This document shows, piece by piece, positions 1 through 11,460 of a stretch of DNA of 64,000 nt. Position numbers and translations under genes: made by a program. Within the stretch, counting starts at the first letter, position 1. Each line of letters starts with the position of its first letter. The notes below the pieces were generated by a model. It did no database searches, was not told the origin of the DNA, and saw only the letters and a program-made list of their open reading frames with translations. The stretch covers positions 848,803-912,802 of the forward strand of contig BCKZ01000009.1 in NCBI GenBank assembly GCA_001600815.1, in the 5' to 3' direction. Origin of the DNA: Alloascoidea hylecoeti. Lineage: Eukaryota.

Positions 1-329
1 TTGATACTGTGGATGTTGGTCAAAAATGTATCGATTATCTAAGAAAGAACAATTTAGGTCGATCAAGATTTATCTTACTCGATAAGTTACCAAAAAGAAA
101 TTTAGGTCCAATTAATACCCCTGAAGGTGTTCCACGACTTTTTGACTTGGTAACTCCAAAAGACCCTGCATTTGCTCCAGCATTTTACAGCGTTTTGCAG
201 GATACATTGGTGGCTAAAGATTTACAGCAAGCAAACCGTATTGCTCATGGCGCGAAACGTTGGAGGGTTGTTAGTTTGGATGGTAAATTGATTGATAAAT
301 CAGGTATCTTAACATTTGAATTGTCTTAA
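1..329 (+). pseudogene. SMC4: Condensin SMC4 hinge-domain fragment; enters from the window edge and stops prematurely after ...LIDKSG
   Basis: Translation GQKCIDYLRKNNLGR..FILLDKL..PRLFDLV..F..AFYSVLQDTLVAKDLQQANRIAHG.KRWRVVSLDGKLIDKSG matches the SMC4 hinge. The usual following TMSGGG is absent; TAA at 327-329. Confidence 0.75.
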
Positions 330-463
330 TTTTGATTTTTCCTTAAAAGGAACCTAAATTATTCTCTCATTGATTTATCAAATCTAAAGCTACATATAGT
401 TAAGTGTAAATACAACTCATTATAACAAAAAATTAAACATATACTATTTCATTCTTTTTAAAT

Positions 464-2271
464 TTATCTGGTACGAATAACACCAGCAGCGACCAATGTA
501 TTGATCTTCTCTCTAATACCTGGATTCTTCATATGTTCATTCAAAGCAGCTGGATTATCTTTAGCTTGTGATAAGATAGATTGCATAACAGGATCTTGTA
601 AAATTTGAATAACTTCAGGATCTTTCTGAACTCTTTCCATTGTTTGTTCTGGAGTTTCACCCTCAATAGCTTCAAAACGAGATGATTGTGCTTTATAATA
701 CAATTGATCCAATTCAGACGAATTAGCTTTAGTTGTATCTTTCTCCTTGGCAATTCTGATTGTATCTAAACATTTAGAATATTCTTTTGTTCCAATTAAA
801 GCATTTGCTTTTCGAATATAAGCACGAATAAAATTTGGATCCTTAGATATAGCTAAATCACAATCTTTAATAGCTTCAGGTAATGATAATAATTTCATTA
901 AAGCAGCAGCTCTATTAGAATAACCTCTAACATCTTCAGGAGATCTTTTAATCATTTCAGTATATGCTTTAACAGCACCAGGCCAATCAGCTTTTTGAAA
1001 CAATTCTTTACCTAATAATCTTGCTTCTTCAGCTTTTTCAGGATCTATGTAAGATTTTTCTTCTCTTATCTTTAAATCTTTTTCAGCAGATCTTAATTTT
1101 TTAAGAATATCTGGTGTACGATGTTCAGTTAAAGATTTTTCAAAATATTCAATTGCTTTTAATAAATCATCTTGTTTAACATAAGCAGAACCAATTCTAC
1201 CAAATGCTTTTGCGACCAATTTATAGTCAGCACGTAATTCTCGACCTTCTTCAACTGCTTTAAGAGCTGTTTTAATTGCTGATTCATAATCACCTTTTTC
1301 AAATTCAGCAGCTGATCTATTATTTAAATAAGTGATATCTTTATGTAGTTCCCATGCTTTATTATAATGTGTAATAGCATCATCAAATTGACGCTTTTTG
1401 TATAATGTATTACCGAGTTGTTTTTCTTCAGCAGCTTTTTTCTTATTATCATCTTCTGGTTGAACATCAGGCATTGGTTCATCTTTTGGTTCCGGAGCAG
1501 GAGCAGCAGCCTTTTTAGCTGGTGTTGGTTCAGGAACAGAAATCTCTGGATCAGCATCTTTATCAACCACATTACGTGAATAATCCTCACCAGGCTGAGT
1601 TTCAGGTAAATCAATACCTAAAATAACAGCCATAATTGTCATTAACTTTGGATCAGACATCATTGTAGCGGCACCTTGCATTGGGTTTTTTTTCAAATTT
1701 TCGATTTTGGCTATCATTGAAGGATCTTTCATTAAATCTCTTGTTTTTGGGTTTGTTTTCAATTTTTGAATTAAATTTGGATCACTTAACATTTTACCAA
1801 ACCCCATATCAGGAGTAGTATTATCTTCACGAGCCTCTTGTTCAATTGCTTCATTAACTTGTTTTAAACCTTCTTTTGCAGCAGCGTTATTTGCATCCAA
1901 TTTCAAAGCTTCATCATAAGCATCTTTTGCACCAACTAAATCACCAAGACCAAACAAAGAAGCACCTTTACGGTTATAACCTTTTGCCCAAGTGGGATTA
2001 ATACTAATACAAGCTTTAGCATCTTCTAAAGCATGATCGAATTGACGAAGAGACGTGTATGATGCAGATCTATTTGAATATAAAACATGATTTTTAGGAG
2101 CTAATTCAATTGCTTGTGTAAAAAAATGAATTGCTTCTGGGAAATTTTTAGCAGAAAAGGAGGCATTTCCTTTTGCTTTCAACTAATTATAATGGAAAAA
2201 AATTTCATATTAGTTAAAATTCTTGATGATTTAAAAATGAGAGAATATATACTTACTTCATCGGCAGACAT
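464..2271 (-). CDS. STI1: Hsp70/Hsp90 co-chaperone Sti1/Hop (TPR and DP domains); exons 2271-2257 and 2182-464
   Basis: TPR1-DP1-TPR2A-TPR2B-DP2 layout ending LVAAGVIRTR. Exon 1 ATGTCTGCCGATGAA then GTAAGT donor at 2256 and TAG acceptor at 2183, giving MSADELKAKGN. Confidence 0.97.
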
Positions 2272-2361
2272 TTTATATAAATAGTTATAAATTTATTTGG
2301 ATACAAAAAAAAAACAGAAGTTGGGAAAATGCTTTTATTTATAAAAGTGAGTGGATCAGTC

Positions 2362-2381
2362 TGAAGGTTCTGGAAGATTCA
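2362..2381. promoter_or_regulatory. Heat-shock element (four alternating nGAAn units) upstream of STI1
   Basis: tGAAggTTCtgGAAgaTTCa about 90-110 bp upstream of the STI1 ATG, with a TATAAATA-like box between them on the minus strand. Confidence 0.85.
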
Positions 2382-2498
2382 GACGGAGAGGCACGTGCAC
2401 CAACAATTAATATAACCTTCGGAATTTTACGAATCATCCAATTATTATAGAATGTGTTATTTATATACCAAGAAATGGAACAGGTCGTTAAACTACTC

Positions 2499-4121
2499 TT
2501 ATAAATTAGCAATAACGTTTTCAACTTTCAAAGCCCATTCCCATTTATCATCTTCTTCAATAGTAATCGATCCATCAGGATGAAAATATCTTAGTTCTTT
2601 TATATCTTTGGTACCCCAATTAACATCACGACCATAAAACCAATCTCCAACAGGTTTCATCCAATTGAAATAAAATGGCTTTTCTTCTTCTAATACACCT
2701 AATGTAAAATTATATAACCAAATTGGTACATCACCAGCATGTGGTACTTTTTGACTTGGTGATTCATATTCATCAAAAAATTTAGCTCTGTATGCCATTC
2801 TATAACGATGTATTTTATTAAGTGGAACACCACCTTTATAAAGTCCAGTTACTAATAATCTACTAGAAACATAAACTTGCATATCAGAAACAATTATACC
2901 AAATAATTCTTTTAATTCTTGTTTATATTTTTCAGGATTTGATTTTTCTAAATTTTTATCTGGTAAAGGTGGATAAATTTCTAATAATGATTTTACTAAT
3001 TTTGAAGGATAATAATTATGTAATTGATTTTTAAAATCAATTGAAGTTTTTGGTGGATTTGTATTTGCGTAAATTGAATATTCATTTATAACTTCACCAA
3101 TAATTATATCAATTTTTGATTTATTAACTAATTGACCAAATTTTCCAGACCAAATATCATGAAATAATGTAGGGGATACAAATTGATTATCAGTACTTGC
3201 TCTAAATGTATGTAATTCAAGACTCATTATTTTAGAAGCTAATTCTTTAAAAGGAATTGATCTCATTTTTTCAAGTTTTTCCTTTCCTGATAAATCTCTA
3301 GAAATATTAAAAGCTTCCGCTAATAATTCAAATTGTTCTTGAGATTCTTCAACATCTTTAGGTTGTAAACCAAGACCATTTGAAATCAATTGAACTTTTT
3401 TAATAATTTGAAGTTCTTCAGGATGATACATTTCATAAGCTAATTGAAAGATAGATGAATATGATCCAGCACTAACTCCACCAACTGTTATATTTTGTAT
3501 ATCACCACCAAAATCTTTAATATTTTTATAAACCCATTCAAGACCTAATCTTTGATCCCAAAAACCAAAATTAGAACTTTTATTATCTTCTTCTAATAAT
3601 TGTTTACCAGCTAAAAAACCAAATAAATTTAATCTATATGCGGCACTAACCATAATACATTTCGAAGGTGATGAATCAGATAAAAGATCTTGTGGATCAG
3701 ACCAACGTGAAGTGCTTGGGGTACCAACTTGTAACCAACCACCATGAATAAAGTATAAAACAGGCCATCCTTCTTTTGGGGGTTCACTAGCCGGGACCCA
3801 AATATTAATGAAAAGGCAATCTTCATCGTATGTATCAGTTGTATTAGGAGGTTGATTTGGTCTATTATTATAAATAGGTTGAGGACATACTGATCTAAAT
3901 TTTGTATAATCACCTTGATAATCATAATCTTTCGGAAGAGGTTGAGGCAATTTCCATCTTAATTCCCCAATTGGAGGTTGAGCAAATCTTATTCCTGCAA
4001 ACCTTGTACATTTTGGAATGTTGGTGTTTGGGTCAAGAATCGATAAACCAGTTAATGTTCCTTTGTTAGGGATTTTAACATCAATGGGGTGAGAAGCTTT
4101 AATGATAGGTGGAGAATACAT
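2499..4121 (-). CDS. Type-B carboxylesterase/lipase (alpha/beta hydrolase)
   Basis: GIRFAQPPIGELRW, EDCLFINIW, FIHGGW oxyanion motif, YRLNLFGFL, GVSAG nucleophile elbow, C-terminal HAGD. Confidence 0.92.
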   Translation of the reverse strand: MYSPPIIKASHPIDVKIPNKGTLTGLSILDPNTNIPKCTRFAGIRFAQPPIGELRWKLPQPLPKDYDYQGDYTKFRSVCPQPIYNNRPNQPPNTTDTYDEDCLFINIWVPASEPPKEGWPVLYFIHGGWLQVGTPSTSRWSDPQDLLSDSSPSKCIMVSAAYRLNLFGFLAGKQLLEEDNKSSNFGFWDQRLGLEWVYKNIKDFGGDIQNITVGGVSAGSYSSIFQLAYEMYHPEELQIIKKVQLISNGLGLQPKDVEESQEQFELLAEAFNISRDLSGKEKLEKMRSIPFKELASKIMSLELHTFRASTDNQFVSPTLFHDIWSGKFGQLVNKSKIDIIIGEVINEYSIYANTNPPKTSIDFKNQLHNYYPSKLVKSLLEIYPPLPDKNLEKSNPEKYKQELKELFGIIVSDMQVYVSSRLLVTGLYKGGVPLNKIHRYRMAYRAKFFDEYESPSQKVPHAGDVPIWLYNFTLGVLEEEKPFYFNWMKPVGDWFYGRDVNWGTKDIKELRYFHPDGSITIEEDDKWEWALKVENVIANL

Positions 4122-4648
4122 TTTAATTGAGTATAGTTAATGGTTCAGAAAGTTAACAGGAGTGTAAGATCAACGGATGAGTGGTCTTATATTTGCTGGT
4201 TTATTATAGACACAATTCCGGGATTATACAACAATAAATATATTTTTGTCTCGCAACTTTTTAAATATATGATGTTGAATGGCAGTTGATATACAACAAA
4301 AAAGATGTATCAATTGAACAATAATAATTACAAATCGAGATTATAAACCACTACTATAAATTGAGTGAGCAATTGAACAATTGAGCACCCTCAAATGAAA
4401 AAAAGCCCTCACCCCTCACGTGCGCATGTCTGACGCCATTTCTCAAATATTAATCCGTTCCCTCGTGGGTGCTGATAATATTGGGTCGTCCAGGTCCCTT
4501 AGACTGATTATAACTGAGGTCCAATTAACATAATGTCCCTGTCACGAACCCAACGATATCGCATCCATAATTATTACAGTGCTTGACAATGCCTGACAAT
4601 GCCTGTACTGCGTTCACAAAGCTGTCGATTCCGTTTCTATGAATGTCG

Positions 4649-4656
4649 CCGGGTAA
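4649..4656. promoter_or_regulatory. Reb1-type site CCGGGTAA; identical motifs at 42396-42403, 43649-43656, 48556-48563 and 61877-61884
   Basis: Exact TTACCCGG consensus; four of the five copies lie 65-175 bp upstream of a start codon. Confidence 0.6.
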
Positions 4657-4737
4657 TCGTGCCAAAAACTAAGCTATATTTATAACGAAGCCTCTATGAC
4701 CCAACTTCGGGAAATATATTTTATTTACTCGTCAAAA

Positions 4738-5621
4738 ATGATAACTCCTTCAGTTCCGCCTCCAGAAGATGGTCGATGTCAAATAATGGGTCCATTTTCT
4801 TTAATAGTTCAGGGTAGTCTTGGACTTATGGCCATGTCATCTTTAGTCTACAAAAGATATCGTGAATATCCAAACAGGCGGTCCTGGTTGATTTGGTTTT
4901 ATGATGTTTCTAAGCAGGTTTTTGGCTCATTTGGCCTTCATGTTTTAAATGTTTTCATGTCCTTATTAAAAGCTAATGATGAATCATTACCAAATGGTGA
5001 ATACTATAGAAATTTCCAACATGGTAGAACGCCTATCCCACCAATTTCTGACAGTAACAATCCATGTAATTGGTATTTTTTGAATATATTATTTGATACA
5101 ACGCTTGGTATACCAATTTTATGGTGTTTTTTATATGTTATATTTCATTCCGGTACAAGAGCGGGAATAACTGATATTACTTCTGGTCAATATGGTCATC
5201 CTCCGAGGTTTTCTGCATATGCTAAACAAGCCATTCTTTATTTTATTGGTTTGTTATGTATGAAATTGGTTGTTTATATCATTTTACAATTAGTACCCGG
5301 CCTTGTATCATTCGCAGATTTTGTACTTTCTTGGACTGATGGAATACCAAGATTACAATTAGCATTTACAGTAATGATATTTCCATTGATGTGAGTATAT
5401 TTTGTTTGCTATTAAAAACTATTTTTTTTTTTGAATTTACTAACACAAACACGTTAAGAATGAATGCCATGCAATACTACATAATCGACTCAATTATTCA
5501 ATCACCAGAATACAGACATGATAATCAAGGTCAAGCAGTTCATGAAAGTCTTCTTGGACAAGTGGATGCTGATGACTATGATGATGATAATTTAGTACTT
5601 ACAAGAACTCGATCAGCTTAA
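4738..5621 (+). CDS. Vacuolar membrane protein, YPL162C/STIMATE-like; exons 4738-5390 and 5459-5621
   Basis: C.IMGPFSLIVQG, KRYREYP.RR.W.IWFYDVSKQ, NPCNWYFLNILFDTTLG and GQYGHPP motifs. Intron GTGAGT(5391)..TACTAAC..TAAG(5458) joins FPLI to MNAMQYYIIDSII. Confidence 0.88.
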
Positions 5622-6150
5622 TATTGATTATTAATAATTATAAATGAAATATATCACTTTCAAATTCTTAATTAACCTCGCTTGTATTTTTTTTGTTAAA
5701 TTTTCTTTTTCATGATATGATAGCACTGAATTGCATTTTTTTTTTTTTTTCTTCTTTTTATTTGTATATTATAGATACCGTTATTACATAGACATAATTT
5801 ATTTATATTGAGAAAACATAATTTATATATATTATTAGATCAGATCATCATTTGACCATTTTTGGTTGTGTATGTCATCACTTTTTATAGAATTCTCGAG
5901 CCCCAGAATGCTTCCCGTAAGTTAAAAAACATAAACTCCGGGGTGGTGCCGGGTAGAGGAAATCTGAAAAATTCTCCCCTTTTTGAAAATTTCATTACAA
6001 CTAAAAGTTTCTCCATTACCGGCAAAACTTTCTTCCCCATTTATCATTTATTCGCCTGTGGTAGGACCCTGTTTGTTCCTTTTATAGTCTGGGATCAACA
6101 ATTTTTAAGGTTCTATAAACAGTAAAAGAGCAAGACATCAACTGTCTCGT

Positions 6151-6270
6151 ATGCCAAAGGAAGTACTTCTTCGCTTCGCCCGTCCTGCAAAGTATGTTAT
6201 TCTATGATTATTGATAAACCTGATGAATATTTAATTCTAACGTTAATTATTTCTTTTTAGACCCAGATAA
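6151..6270 (+). promoter_or_regulatory. Spliced upstream ORF MPKEVLLRFARPAKPR in the SPE2 leader (intron 6192-6260)
   Basis: ATG at 6151, GTATGT donor at 6192, TTCTAAC branch point, TTTTTAG acceptor at 6260, then A CCC AGA TAA. Confidence 0.72.
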
Positions 6271-6400
6271 CACGACCCACTTGCTTGTAATAATCACTTC
6301 ATTTTCTCGTTATTTAAAGCCCCTTATTTTTGACACATCCTGCAAATCTATCAGTTAGCAATTATTTAACAAAATCAAAAAAAAAAAAAAAAAAATTCAA

Positions 6401-6460
6401 AAACATAAAAACATAGAAACATAAAAACATAGAAACATAAAAACATAAAAATATAAGAAA
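6401..6460 (+). repeat. Short tandem repeat (AAACATAR)n just upstream of the SPE2 ATG
   Basis: aaacataaaaacatagaaacataaaaacatagaaacataaaaacataaaa follows a poly-A run. Confidence 0.8.
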
Positions 6461-6468
6461 AATAAAAA

Positions 6469-7863
6469 ATGGCTCCTGCTATTGAAACTATGGATCCAAT
6501 CAGTGCCAATGCACACCTTCTTGAACCTTATATCAATTACTCATTATCTGTTGATCTTGATTCAACAGATGCATTTGAAGGTCCTGAAAAATTATTAGAA
6601 GTTTGGTTTTCAAAAGATGAAAACTCATTACCAAAACATATCAATAAACAAGGTTTACGTTCAATACCAAGATTAGAATGGGAAAAAATGCTTGATTTAG
6701 TTCAATGTAAAGTATTATCTGTTGTATCATCCGAAAAAATGGATAGTTATTTATTATCTGAATCAAGTATGTTTGTATTTCCACATAAAGTTATATTAAA
6801 AACCTGTGGTACAACAACAACATTAATTGGTTTACCACAAATTTTAAAATTAGCATTTGAAATTGTTGGCTTTAATAATAATGATAATAAAAAATTCCCA
6901 TGGAGATTATTTTATTCAAGAAAATCTTTTATGTTTCCTTCAAAACAAAAACATCCTCATAAAACATGGGCAGATGAAATTAAATTTTTAAATAAAATGT
7001 TTGATAATCAAGGAAATGCTTATTTACTTGGACGTTTAAATTCTGATCATTGGTATTTATATACTTTATGTATTGAAGATGAATCAAAATCTACTAATGA
7101 AAAAACTGTTTCTGAAAAATGTTTTGAGTTTCAAGATCAAACCCTTGAACTTTTAATGACACACCTTGATGTCGATAAAGCACAACAGTTTGTTACTGAT
7201 AGAATTGCAGGTGATGGTATTTTGCATTATAATTCAGATGGTGAGCATGTTGAACAATCCACCACTAATGGTTCTGATGTTGAAGAATCAACCAATCCTA
7301 CTGGTGCGGTTATTGAAGATACAGATAGTGAATCGGATGCTTCGGTTTTGTCTACATCCACATCGGTATCCTCTATTTCAGTTAATAATAAGAAAGAAGA
7401 AGAAACTGATCCAGGGCATAAATTAGGTACTATTGTTAGTAGATTAACAGGAATGGATTCTCTTTATCCAGCATCAACAACAAATAATACAACCATTGTT
7501 GATTCTTTTAGTTTCACTCCATGTGGCTATTCAGCAAATGCAATAGTTGATTCATCACATTATTATACTGTTCATGTAACTCCTGAAAACGGTTGGTCAT
7601 ATGCAAGTTTTGAAACTAATGTTCCTGCTTCAAAATATGGTACAACAAATCTTGAAGTAATTAAAAAAGTTTTAGGTATTTTTAAACCTGGTAGATTTTG
7701 TTTAACATTTTTTCAATCAAAAGAAAATGAAAATGAAAATGGTATTAAAAATGATAAATTAATTTCTTTTTTAAAAGATTTAAATGGTTATAAAAGAACA
7801 GAGAAAATCTTATATGATTTTGATACTTATGAATTATTATTTTTAAATTTTGAAAAGATTTAA
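6469..7863 (+). CDS. SPE2: S-adenosylmethionine decarboxylase proenzyme
   Basis: AFEGPEKLLEVWF, YLLSESS self-cleavage site, ILKTCGTT, FTPCGYSAN, TVHVTPE..WSYASFETN. Confidence 0.97.
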   Translation: MAPAIETMDPISANAHLLEPYINYSLSVDLDSTDAFEGPEKLLEVWFSKDENSLPKHINKQGLRSIPRLEWEKMLDLVQCKVLSVVSSEKMDSYLLSESSMFVFPHKVILKTCGTTTTLIGLPQILKLAFEIVGFNNNDNKKFPWRLFYSRKSFMFPSKQKHPHKTWADEIKFLNKMFDNQGNAYLLGRLNSDHWYLYTLCIEDESKSTNEKTVSEKCFEFQDQTLELLMTHLDVDKAQQFVTDRIAGDGILHYNSDGEHVEQSTTNGSDVEESTNPTGAVIEDTDSESDASVLSTSTSVSSISVNNKKEEETDPGHKLGTIVSRLTGMDSLYPASTTNNTTIVDSFSFTPCGYSANAIVDSSHYYTVHVTPENGWSYASFETNVPASKYGTTNLEVIKKVLGIFKPGRFCLTFFQSKENENENGIKNDKLISFLKDLNGYKRTEKILYDFDTYELLFLNFEKI

Positions 7864-8957
7864 ATCTAAATTAAATCACAATATTGCAAACACAAACAGA
7901 AAAGCTTATAATAAGCACACATAAATCTGGAAGAATCGTATATATAAAAGTTTTTGTTCTATCTATTATTTTCTTATTATTATAATCAATATTGCGTCTA
8001 TGGTTTGTTTTTGATTTGTGATTATAATTGGGGTCGTTGGTTATAATCACAATCACTAATTCAAAACATATATCAGTTACAAATATGCTATAACATTTTA
8101 TATCGATATATAGTTTATAAATCATTTAACTTTTCTATTTAAATATAGTACATATATTGATATTTTCATGATCAAGAATAAAATCCAATTGAAATTAATC
8201 TAAGCTCGAGCTCAATGATCATTTTTAATTGTAACCACGCTACCAGCGATATCAATTGTAATACGTATGGTATGATTATGATCAAGAAGTTATGATGCAG
8301 AGTGATCCTTTGGTAATTCAGGATGGCTCTTATTGAAGTTGCTTAAACACTTCTTTTGTATACTTTCTTAATCAATCTTTATTTTAGTTTTATAATTAGT
8401 TATGTTTGAAATTGTTTTAAGCCATCAATCGATCCTAGATTAGTTATTAATGCAACCGTATTTTGACACAGTTCAGCCACACTGAACACACACTTTTAGT
8501 TTTTGCCCTAATGTGTGACTTTAATGATACTGGTCTTTTTCTACGTAAATAATATTTGTTTTATTCAGTTTGGAGCCTGTACTTATATCGAAAATGATGT
8601 AGATCTGTTGTTGAATTAATTAGTGAATCAAATGACCGATATTTATTTATTTATAAATTTGATCTAATATTAGCTTATTGCGCGAACAATTATTTAACCT
8701 AAATTATAAGCGAATATTTTGTTAATAAAATGGGTGATTACTTATGCATTGAATGACCGATGGTTAGTTGTCAGAATGGTTGAATATTAAATCCTCCAAA
8801 TGGCCTAAATTAAGTGACTACGACATATTTGTTGAAATGGGATTTTTATTACCTAACTAAGTAACAAATGTTGAATTTAACTGTTATTGCTTTTTTATTT
8901 TAAATATACATACAAGTACAATCAAATAAACCATAATTATTGATCTATATACAGTCA

Positions 8958-10308
8958 TCAAAAACCCTGGAATAACTCGGTATTATTGAATCTCTTTTTC
9001 CTTTTTTCTTGATTTGAATAACGAATTAAATTTTCCTCAATACCCATTTCTTTAATTCTTTCCGATTCTCTTTCGGTTTGCTCTTTATAGGCATCTGGAT
9101 TTGTAAAATCATCAAATGCAATCCTTCCCTCCTTACCTTGAGTCCAACTATCAATCCAATGTAATGATGTACCGATTTCATCATACTCTTTTGTTTTTTT
9201 ATTTGTTACTCTATTAATGCTTTTGGCAATTTTGAATAATAATACATCAAGATTGTTCGTTGGTCTTTCTAAGTATTTATTATAGAATGAATGGTTAAAT
9301 TGTAATTCATTGACATTAATATCGGTACCATTATTTATGAAATTTCTTTTCATACCGCCCATATTAACAAAATTTGTTAATAAACCCAATTTATTCATTT
9401 GATATAATAAAAAATCAGCTTGAACAACCGGATCCACAAGAGTCCTCTTTACAGAACCGATAATCGACATAATTAGCATATTTTCCCTTGTTGCTATAGT
9501 TGGTAAAAATACACCTGGAGTATCATATAAATAGATACTCGGATCCCTGGAAATTCTAATTATTGAAGATGTTGAACGAGTTATACCCGGTTGACCACCT
9601 GTTACTGCAACTTTCTTAGCTGAATAAAGTGTTAGTTATCTAGTCTTGAAAAGATGTATTGATATTGATTAGCTTACCTCCTGCTATACCAGATGCTCTT
9701 ATTGAATTAACAAGTGTACTTTTACCAACATTTGGCATACCAGTAATAACAACCCGTAGACCTAAAGGTGGTCTAGGATACATACTTTCATATTTCTCTA
9801 TTTAAATTGAATAGTTAGAATATCCTTTCATCAATGAATAAACTACAGAAAGAAAACATGTGTAAAGAACAAAACGAAAAAACAACATACGCTTAGCAAC
9901 ATCGAGGATTAATTGTGCATTGTCTTTCCTCCGTGAGTCTACCATTAAATATTTTTCACCCAATGGTTCATGCCACTTATCCAGGATCTAGCCATAATAT
10001 AGATATAATTAGCACTAAGATTTCAATTCTTTCTCCAGTAATACACATACCTTTGTAGTTAATAAGCTTAAGTCACCTTTCGAATATAAAATAACCTTTT
10101 CCTTACCAACAAAGGGTTTGTCGAATAGTAAATTCCTAGTACTAAGTGGAGCCCTTGCATCTCTCACTTCTAGTATTAAATCAACTTCAGGTGCCATGCG
10201 ATACATACTGTGTAAAGCTTTTAAATGATGACCCTTGAAATCAGCCAAAGTCATTCTGTAATTTGGAAATACTGATCTCGGTATAAACTTTTGAATTTTG
10301 GTAGTCAT
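8958..10308 (-). CDS. MTG1: Mitochondrial ribosome-assembly GTPase; exons 10308-10051, 9987-9891, 9797-9678, 9619-8958
   Basis: ILEVRDARAPLSTRN, GMPNVGKSTL (G1), QPGITR, YDTPGV. All three introns have GT donors and AG acceptors that keep the frame. Confidence 0.93.
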
Positions 10309-10954
10309 CTTGGTTATGTTTTATAATTGATCATGAATAATGCAATTTGCACATATAGATAGTGAAAAATCTAAATTATGAGAAATACCGTAACTTGATC
10401 AAGTAAACATTCGGTTATCTTGTAATTAATTAAGACTTTTGATTAGCTAATCAGCTGCAGAGTTCACAATAGAGCTCATGCATTCATGCATATGCGAAGC
10501 CAGGCTTGATCATGAAGTCTAACTGCAGCCGCACACCTTTCAAAAATAAAATGTTTAAAAATTCTGATGAGTTCACACAAAGTCATACAGAGATATATTG
10601 GCGCTATGATAGTGTTCTTAGAATAGTGCAGACCTACATGAAGTATTTGTAACTATACCATATACCGCTGAATTACAGCGGTTAACAATGAGCACTAGAC
10701 AAACCGTATTAATATGGTATGAACAGTATTTCTGTCATGAAATTGGCAGGTTGGAGGGAAGTGTTCGGAGAAGGGGGTATTTCTTCCACATTAGGAGGAT
10801 TAAAGTTTGGTGTCAGGAAGATAGAAAATTTCGGTTCAATAGAGTCATTTGTTTGTAATCAGTTCTGCTTTAACTTTGTGATCGATTTGAGTAACATTTT
10901 GGTTATTTTGGAAAATATTATCTCGCTAATATTCATTTGATATTGGTTTTTGTA

Positions 10955-11460
10955 GATTTTGTTGTGGTGGAAGCTAATAAAGTTTCCTGAAGATATTTGC
11001 CCAAAAGCGGAAATCATCTTCAGTTATCTCATGTTTTCAATTTTTCCAACCACGTTTCTTTTACAAACTCTATGGATACATCCTTGAGGTAAAATCCTGA
11101 TATAATTTTCTTCAATTTTTTGGTTTAATATTCTCCCTTTTTTCCTTTACCCAAACCTCCTTGAGCTTTGATAAATTCATCTGGGCAATAAATTTAATTA
11201 AGGGTGAATTCCAGTTGCTGCAAAGTCCGATCAAATATTTATAGGGAATATAGCTTCAGTCCTTGCCTTCTAGTATAATACAACCAAATTTTTTTGACCC
11301 GAGTGGTAGGTGCAGTTTCCATGGTGTTTGAAAAAGAAGCGTGATTGGAAAAATTGAAAACATATGAGATATCTGATGATAATTTCCGCATTCGGACCAA
11401 CATCTTTCAGGAGATGCAGAAAACTTTATTAGCCCATATTTCCACCACAGCATTCAAAGA
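10955..11460. repeat. Degenerate inverted repeat (about 10955-11080 vs 11310-11460) made of two divergent gag-like coding relics
   Basis: Arms align in reverse complement (gctaataaagttt..., gcggaaat.atc, atgttttcaatttttccaa.cacg.ttctttt). Relic translations KN*RKLYQDFTSRMYP / FVKETWLEKLKT (minus) and FEKEA*LEKLKTYEISDDNF (plus). Confidence 0.7.

Noticed and set aside
5862..6125. 87-aa ORF upstream of SPE2
   Set aside because: Starts at TTG, lies in promoter-like DNA and shows no homology cue.
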